Part shown: positions 58,703-64,000 of the stretch, one piece after another
How positions within the stretch are numbered: the first letter of the stretch is position 1
Layout of the letters: each line of letters opens with the position of its first letter
NCBI GenBank assembly: GCA_045645425.1
Contig: JAZRIS010000026.1
Location: 3,785-67,784, forward strand
Source: Barnesiella sp.
GTDB lineage: Bacteria > Bacteroidota > Bacteroidia > Bacteroidales > Barnesiellaceae_A
Direction of reading: 5' to 3'
Length of the DNA: 64,000 nt
Made by a program: the position numbers and the translations under genes
Notes under the pieces: model-generated
What the model saw: only the letters and a program-made list of their open reading frames with translations
The model's database searches: none
Told to the model about the DNA's origin: nothing

Positions 58703-58826
58703 TTTGCTACTTTTTTATGCAAATATGTAGTGCCAAAAGTTGTATTTTATGCGATAAAAATAGATTTGGATGAAATATTGTGGTTACAATTTATTACAAT
58801 TACTTGTTTATTAATATTTATATGTA

Positions 58827-58834
58827 TATATTTG
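58827..58834 (+). promoter_or_regulatory. -7 promoter box (TAtaTTTG) for the GrpE-like/Hsp70-like operon
   Basis: Exact TAnnTTTG 32 nt upstream of the ATG at 58867. A direct repeat TTACAATT-n2-TTACAATT (58784-58801) sits over the expected -33 region. Confidence 0.5.
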
Positions 58835-58866
58835 CGGAGTGTATAACCCTTTAAAACGTTAAAATC

Positions 58867-59670
58867 ATGGGCTTATTTGGTAATAATGATAGCGAATTGA
58901 GAAGCTTTGAGCAGACAATAGAACGCTTGAAAGTGGAGTATGCTGCACTTGAAGACGAAAACCGACGTAAAGATGCCGAAATAGAACGCCTGAAGACAAT
59001 AGTTGAGGGTATGGGTAGCACTCCCGAAGTTGTGGTGCCTGCTCCTGAAACTGTGCCCGCAGAAGAGCCTGTGTCGGGTGTTGATTGTGCACCGGCAATG
59101 GAGGCTATCAACGCATCGCTCAATGAGTTGAAAGAACAAACGCAGGCTCAAAAGGCATTGATGGACGAGTTTAAAGTATTGTTGGGACATCGTGACCGCC
59201 AAGACGAGAACATGCGTGCCATGCACAAGGAGCTGGAACAATATAAGGGCGACTTTTTTGTCAAGATTACACAGCCCTATTTAAAGGCATTGCTCGACCT
59301 CCACGGCCGTTTTTATGGCACATACACCCATTTCGACCAGCTCGACAATGCCGAGTGCGATTGGGCTGAGTTGTATGGCAACCTGATGCGCGAATTTAAG
59401 AGCGCCATTATGGCCCTGAGCGATAGAGCATACAATGACTTTGGTGTAGAATATTATGAGCCGCAAGAGGGTGAGGAGTTCAACCGTAAGTTGCATCAAC
59501 AACTTCAAGGCGACTCGGTAGATACAACCAACCCCGAATTGAATGGCCGCATCGCCAAGGTGGTATGTGGAGGCTTTATCAATGTCGATACCGAGAAGGT
59601 GGTGCGTTATGCACGCGTGAAAGTCTATAAATACACCGAGGCAACACAAACACCCGAAAACAACGAATAA
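58867..59670 (+). CDS. GrpE-like nucleotide-exchange factor paralog
   Basis: 267 aa. It has an N-terminal coiled coil (ERLKVEYAALEDENRRKDAEIERLK) and an acidic/Pro linker. The C-terminal half parallels GrpE: RAMHKELEQYKGDFFVKITQPYLKALLDL; FGVEYYEPQEGEEFNRKLHQ; GRIAKVVCGGF...VVRYARVKVYK. Confidence 0.55.
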   Translation: MGLFGNNDSELRSFEQTIERLKVEYAALEDENRRKDAEIERLKTIVEGMGSTPEVVVPAPETVPAEEPVSGVDCAPAMEAINASLNELKEQTQAQKALMDEFKVLLGHRDRQDENMRAMHKELEQYKGDFFVKITQPYLKALLDLHGRFYGTYTHFDQLDNAECDWAELYGNLMREFKSAIMALSDRAYNDFGVEYYEPQEGEEFNRKLHQQLQGDSVDTTNPELNGRIAKVVCGGFINVDTEKVVRYARVKVYKYTEATQTPENNE

Positions 59671-59691
59671 ACAAATAAAAAATATATAACT

Positions 59692-61284
59692 ATGGCAAAC
59701 GATAAAAGTAGAGCCGTATATGGCATAGACTTGGGTACAACATTTAGTTGTATCTCACAAGTAGATAGATATGATCAAGCAGTGGTACTTCGTAACTTTG
59801 AGGGCGATGCTACCACTCCATCGGTCGTGTACATTGAGTCGGAAAATAACATGATTGTGGGTAAAGAGGCCAAAAACCAGTTGGCTGTCGAGCCCGAAAA
59901 GACTGTTGCCTTTATCAAACGCGAGATAGGTAATGACGAGGCTTTTGACAAGAGCAAGAACACTACTCCCATGCACCTCGACCCCGTTGAAATTTCGGCT
60001 CTTATTCTCAAAAAACTCGTACAAGATGCCAACAACTTGGGCGAAAATCCCGAGCCTATCACCGACGTGGTGATTACTTGTCCGGCCTATTTTGGTAACA
60101 AAGAGCGCTTGCAAACCAAGCAAGCCGGTATCAGTGCCGGTCTTAACGTATTGGCTATCATCAACGAGCCTACTGCTGCCGCTATTTCTTACGGTTTGAA
60201 GGTAGATGAGCGTCGTACTATCCTTGTGTATGACTTGGGTGGTGGTACATTTGACGTTACTATCATTGCTGTCAATGGCGGTGCTATCAAGGTAGTTGCT
60301 ACCGGTGGCGACCACCATTTGGGTGGTGTCGATTGGGATACCGAGTTGGCCAAGTATGTTCTCAATACATTCAACTCGCAAAATGGTACTTCTTACGACT
60401 TCGATTCTCTCTCTCCCAATGCTCGCTATGAACTCTTGCTCAATGCCGAGAACTGGAAGAAGAATCTCACTGCTCGTCAAACCGCCAAAATCAACTTCTC
60501 GTACGAAGGTAAATCGGTTAGCTTTGATCTTCCTCGCGAAACATTCAACGCCATTACCGAGGATCGCTTGAATGAAACTATCGATGCTACTCGCAAGATT
60601 ATTGAAATTGCCGAGGAGAAAGGTTACAAGAAAATAGATGAGATTATACTCGTGGGTGGTAGTAGCAAGATGCCTCAAATCAAGACTCGCGTTGAGGCCG
60701 AGTTTGGCTTGCCTACACACATTACCGACCCCGATGAGTGTGTTGCCAAGGGTGCCGCCATCTTTGCCATGAATGAGGCTTACGATGCAGCGTTGAAGAA
60801 ATCGGAGGAGGAAGGTACAAAAGCTCCCGAACCTCTTATGACCAAACGTACTCGCATTGTCAATGTTACAAGTAAGACCTATGGACTTGGCCTTATCGAC
60901 AACCAAGTGGGTAATATGATTTTTGCCAACACTACCTTGCCGGTGTCGCGTACACGCGTGTTTGAAACCGTGCGCGATGGTCAAACAGGTGTGACACTCC
61001 CCATCTACGAGAGCGACTTTACCGATGAGGAGAAAGACCAAACCGTAGAGGACCGCTTCTGTAACTTGGCTACCGAGGATATATCGGAGTTGAAACTTAC
61101 CGGCAACCATCCCAAAGGTACCGAAATCAAGGTTACGTTCAGCATCAGCGAGGAGGGTATTCTCAGTGTCAATGCTACCCGCGATAGCGACGTTATAGAT
61201 TTCCAATTAAAAGTAGCCGGTGTGAAGAGCGAAGAAGAGTTGAGAAAATCTCAAAACTTCATTGCCAATGCTACTGTCGAATAA
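59692..61284 (+). CDS. Hsp70-family ATPase, short form lacking the helical lid
   Basis: 530 aa with intact actin-fold motifs GIDLGTTFS, DLGGGTFDV and LVGGSSKMP. A beta-sandwich SBD-like region (VTSKTYGLGL...) is present, but the protein ends about 100 aa short of canonical DnaK. Confidence 0.9.
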   Translation: MANDKSRAVYGIDLGTTFSCISQVDRYDQAVVLRNFEGDATTPSVVYIESENNMIVGKEAKNQLAVEPEKTVAFIKREIGNDEAFDKSKNTTPMHLDPVEISALILKKLVQDANNLGENPEPITDVVITCPAYFGNKERLQTKQAGISAGLNVLAIINEPTAAAISYGLKVDERRTILVYDLGGGTFDVTIIAVNGGAIKVVATGGDHHLGGVDWDTELAKYVLNTFNSQNGTSYDFDSLSPNARYELLLNAENWKKNLTARQTAKINFSYEGKSVSFDLPRETFNAITEDRLNETIDATRKIIEIAEEKGYKKIDEIILVGGSSKMPQIKTRVEAEFGLPTHITDPDECVAKGAAIFAMNEAYDAALKKSEEEGTKAPEPLMTKRTRIVNVTSKTYGLGLIDNQVGNMIFANTTLPVSRTRVFETVRDGQTGVTLPIYESDFTDEEKDQTVEDRFCNLATEDISELKLTGNHPKGTEIKVTFSISEEGILSVNATRDSDVIDFQLKVAGVKSEEELRKSQNFIANATVE

Positions 61285-61306
61285 GTAATAATATACCCTA
61301 CCAATA

Positions 61307-61340
61307 GAGGTTGTGTCACTCGTGACACAACCTCATTTTT
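61307..61340 (+). terminator. strong intra-operon hairpin + T-run between the Hsp70-like gene and the 841-aa gene
   Basis: gaggttgtgtcac / gtgacacaacctc (up to 13 bp, tight loop), followed by attttt. It ends 12 nt before the ATG at 61353. Confidence 0.6.
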
Positions 61341-61352
61341 GAATGAATATAG

Positions 61353-63878
61353 ATGGATAAGACACTTCTAAAGCAGAAAATTGCCGAATGGGAGAAGGCG
61401 TGCGACTTCTTTGCATCGCCCGCCATTGCCAAGCAACTTGACAAAGACGAGAAAGAGGCTATTGTGTTCTTATGTAACTTCTGGCGCGATAAAGAGTTTG
61501 ACAAAGAGGTGTGCCAAAAGCGAATAGACCTGCTGAAACATTGCGATAAACTCCACTCCAATAATCGTGAGATTATAGAGAAGAGCAAGACCTTGCGAGG
61601 TATTGCACAGACATTCTATACCAAGGATGCCGCTTCGTTTGACGAGTTTCGCAGGGAATTGGGCTGGACACCCGGCACCAAGAAGACACCTACTCCCGAA
61701 ACAAAGAAAACGCCTGTGCCCACTCCCAAGCCCGACTCTACACCGCAACACGACGAGGCGTTGATTATAACCAATGTACAGAAGTGGTCGCGTTCATTAC
61801 AGTTTCTCAAGAGCGAGGAGATAACACCGCAACTCGATACCGCCGAAATTACTGCCATAGAGGTGTTGAGCGATATGTGGCGACGTCCCACTTTCGATGC
61901 TTCGATGAAAGAGGAGGCTGCCGAGATGGTAAAGGTGTTGGTCAATTCGCACAAACTTCATTCAAATAATCGTGAAATCATCGAGCATAGCAAAAACCTT
62001 TGTGCTGTGGCTCGTAAGATGTATGAGGATAAGAAATCCTTTGATGTATTCAAGAAGGCTCTCGCCGAGTATTATCAAAACAACAAGCCTCCTCGTCGCG
62101 ATATTCCTGTTCCCGAGAAGAAAAAGAAGCCCATACCTCAATCGCCGCATAAAGATAGCGAGTTGATTGTACGCGATGTGCTCTTTGCCGATACTACATA
62201 TAACAACGAGATTATTAAGGACTTTGGTAGGGTACTCTTTACCAATACGCAATATATAGTGCCCCGCTTGTCGGTATCGAGCGACTACTATGGTACCGAG
62301 ACGATTGAGATTATCTTGAAGTATCCCAATGGCGAAACTTGCAACTATGATACCGAAGTAACATTCAACGGTAAGGGCGATTATACATTGTCGGGCTGGG
62401 GTAGCAAGAGTGGTACGTCGTATGCTTCATACGGTTATGTCGAATATACTTTCAAGTGCAAGGGTAAGAAATTGTGGCAGGGTCGTGTGACAATAGGTCG
62501 CGACGCTAACAGTCCCCGCTTGCCCGAAATTTCCACTGTCAAGTTTGGTGCAGTAGATTACGATGGCAATATCAAGGTGAACTTTGGCTCGCCTATTCCC
62601 ACCGGTATTCCCTACTTGAAGCCTCGTATTGTGGTGTCTAACAACTTCCGTGGTGCGGTTACTATCGATATAACCTTTGAATATAAAGATAGGGCTACCG
62701 AGCGTACATCGAGCGATATAAGCATACAAGGCCCCGGAGAATATAATTTGACGGGATGGGGTCGTCGCGATTGTACATCATGGACCAAGAACGAAACCGT
62801 TAAAATCACCTTCAGTTGTGAGGGTAAGGTGCTCTATACCGCACAAGTGAAGATAGGCTCAGGCAGTGGCTGGGGCCCTAAAAAGACCAATAAGACTCCC
62901 TACCGACGCAGTAGTTCGGGCGACTCGTTGTGGGCTCGCTTTGATGACAAGATAAGATCGATAGGCGATAGCCTTGAAGATAGCAGTGAAACAATCACCA
63001 GTATCCTATCGTTCCTTCTTTTCATTATCTTGGTTGTCGGTGTGATATTTGAGTGGATAGATGAGGGATTTGGGGCTGCTCTATTGACCGGTGTGATAGG
63101 CTTCATCATACTATCTATTATTATAGCTGTCATGAGTTATATTATGCCTTTGATAGTATATGTACTGCGATTGGTATTTAAGAATGCTTGGACATTCCTC
63201 ATTGCGCTTATTCTTATCTTTGGCCCATCGATAGCCGGCATTGTGACAGGCGTGGCCAAAGGTGTATTTACTCGTAATGCAAGCAACTTACCCGCCATAG
63301 AAGAGATAGCAACTTCTACTACAACAACCTACTATTGCATTGCCCAATCGGGTGTGAGGGTGCGCCAAGAGCCCTCGGCAAGTGCTGCACAGTTGGGTGG
63401 TTTGCAATACAATGAAGAGGTAGAAGTGTATGAAATAAGAGATGGATATGCCCGCATAGATTATTACGGCAATGAGGCCTATGTAAGCAGCCGTTACCTT
63501 ACCATGGTAGAGGGTGAAGAATTTCTGAAAGAGAATGCTTCTCGCAAGGGCGTTGTGACCCTCAAAAGTGGATTGCAGTATGAGGTGTTGGAAAAGGGTA
63601 AAGGGAAAAAACCTGCCGAGAATAGCGATGTTTTGTGTCGCTATAAGCTCTCGCTGCTCGATGGTACAATAATTGATGATACCTTCTCATCGGATCCTAT
63701 CAAGCTCAATTTGGGAGGTACGATAAAAGGATTTCAGCAAGGTGTGCAGTTGATGAAGGAGGGAGCCAAGTATAAGTTTTATATCCCTGCTTCACTCGCT
63801 TATGGAAGTAAGTCGGTAAGAAATATTCCTGCTCATGCCACGCTTGTTTATGAAGTAGAGTTGGTAGAGGTGTTGTAG
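61353..63878 (+). CDS. multidomain membrane protein: 2 helical repeats + 2 beta-rich repeats + TM bundle + SH3b-like domain + FKBP-type peptidyl-prolyl isomerase
   Basis: 841 aa. The helical repeats share KLHSNNREIIE.SK.L. The beta repeats share G.Y.L.GWG...F.C.GK.L....V.IG. Hydrophobic segments span aa 547-636. The SH3b-like segment is YYCIAQSGVRVRQEPS...EVYEIRDGYARIDYYGNEAYVSSRYL. The FKBP domain is SGLQYEVLEKGKG...IKGFQQGVQLMKEGAKYKFYIPASLAYG...LVYEVELVEV. Confidence 0.7.
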   Translation: MDKTLLKQKIAEWEKACDFFASPAIAKQLDKDEKEAIVFLCNFWRDKEFDKEVCQKRIDLLKHCDKLHSNNREIIEKSKTLRGIAQTFYTKDAASFDEFRRELGWTPGTKKTPTPETKKTPVPTPKPDSTPQHDEALIITNVQKWSRSLQFLKSEEITPQLDTAEITAIEVLSDMWRRPTFDASMKEEAAEMVKVLVNSHKLHSNNREIIEHSKNLCAVARKMYEDKKSFDVFKKALAEYYQNNKPPRRDIPVPEKKKKPIPQSPHKDSELIVRDVLFADTTYNNEIIKDFGRVLFTNTQYIVPRLSVSSDYYGTETIEIILKYPNGETCNYDTEVTFNGKGDYTLSGWGSKSGTSYASYGYVEYTFKCKGKKLWQGRVTIGRDANSPRLPEISTVKFGAVDYDGNIKVNFGSPIPTGIPYLKPRIVVSNNFRGAVTIDITFEYKDRATERTSSDISIQGPGEYNLTGWGRRDCTSWTKNETVKITFSCEGKVLYTAQVKIGSGSGWGPKKTNKTPYRRSSSGDSLWARFDDKIRSIGDSLEDSSETITSILSFLLFIILVVGVIFEWIDEGFGAALLTGVIGFIILSIIIAVMSYIMPLIVYVLRLVFKNAWTFLIALILIFGPSIAGIVTGVAKGVFTRNASNLPAIEEIATSTTTTYYCIAQSGVRVRQEPSASAAQLGGLQYNEEVEVYEIRDGYARIDYYGNEAYVSSRYLTMVEGEEFLKENASRKGVVTLKSGLQYEVLEKGKGKKPAENSDVLCRYKLSLLDGTIIDDTFSSDPIKLNLGGTIKGFQQGVQLMKEGAKYKFYIPASLAYGSKSVRNIPAHATLVYEVELVEVL

Positions 63879-64000
63879 CGCTTTACCCATCATACATAGC
63901 ATTATCGCCCCGCAAGAGAGTTATCTCCTGTGGGGCGATGACATTTATAGCGTTGGTTGCTCTTCTTTGAAATGAGGATATTTACTTGACAAGGTTTTGT

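Noticed and set aside
59755-61206. 483-aa ORF antisense to the Hsp70-like gene
   Set aside because: The plus-strand product carries every Hsp70 ATPase motif. The antisense translation has no recognisable features, so it is a shadow ORF.

Overview
This 64-kb chromosomal window looks like a Bacteroidales (Bacteroidota) genome. The evidence is gene content and about 17 exact matches to the Bacteroides-type -7 promoter box TAnnTTTG (often TATCTTTG) placed 20-80 nt upstream of gene starts. I saw no transposase, integrase, CRISPR array or rRNA.

Layout:
- 1-15.8 kb, housekeeping: rpoC 3' end, class I fumarate hydratase, bifunctional nuclease, nupG-like permease, rsmE, a TPR protein, a GH28 + DUF4861 pair, yidC, pyrG, and a DUF3078-like protein.
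- 15.8-36.4 kb, surface-polysaccharide region: a lipocalin-like lipoprotein and a Wzi-like protein; two tandem copies of a lipoprotein + small OM beta-barrel module; then a capsule/EPS locus with wza, wzc, wzx, wzy, glycosyltransferases, a NeuB-like synthase, a cytidylyltransferase-HAD phosphatase fusion, a radical SAM/SPASM enzyme and a divergent GT2 + DUF4861 pair.
- 36.9-41.5 kb: the Na+-pumping methylmalonyl-CoA decarboxylase/epimerase (propionate) operon.
- 41.6-42.8 kb: a very divergent 6-phosphogluconolactonase-fold protein behind a promoter, leader and perfect terminator.
- 43.0-50.4 kb: purH-mreBCD-mrdA-rodA.
- 50.4-57.5 kb: small division/membrane genes, an M16 peptidase, a nitroreductase, tRNA-Tyr, ribH and a TPR protein.

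The most unusual region is 57.6-63.9 kb. An orphan phage-style lysis cassette (holin-like, M15 endolysin-like, lipoprotein with a C-terminal TM helix) is transcribed divergently from a three-gene operon. That operon encodes a GrpE-like protein, a lidless Hsp70 paralog, and an 841-aa protein. The 841-aa protein has two helical repeats (possible degenerate J-like domains), two beta-rich repeats, a TM bundle, an SH3b-like domain and a C-terminal FKBP prolyl isomerase. I propose this is a dedicated, envelope-tethered Hsp70 system that has not been characterised.

All functional calls come from reading motifs by eye. No database search was run.
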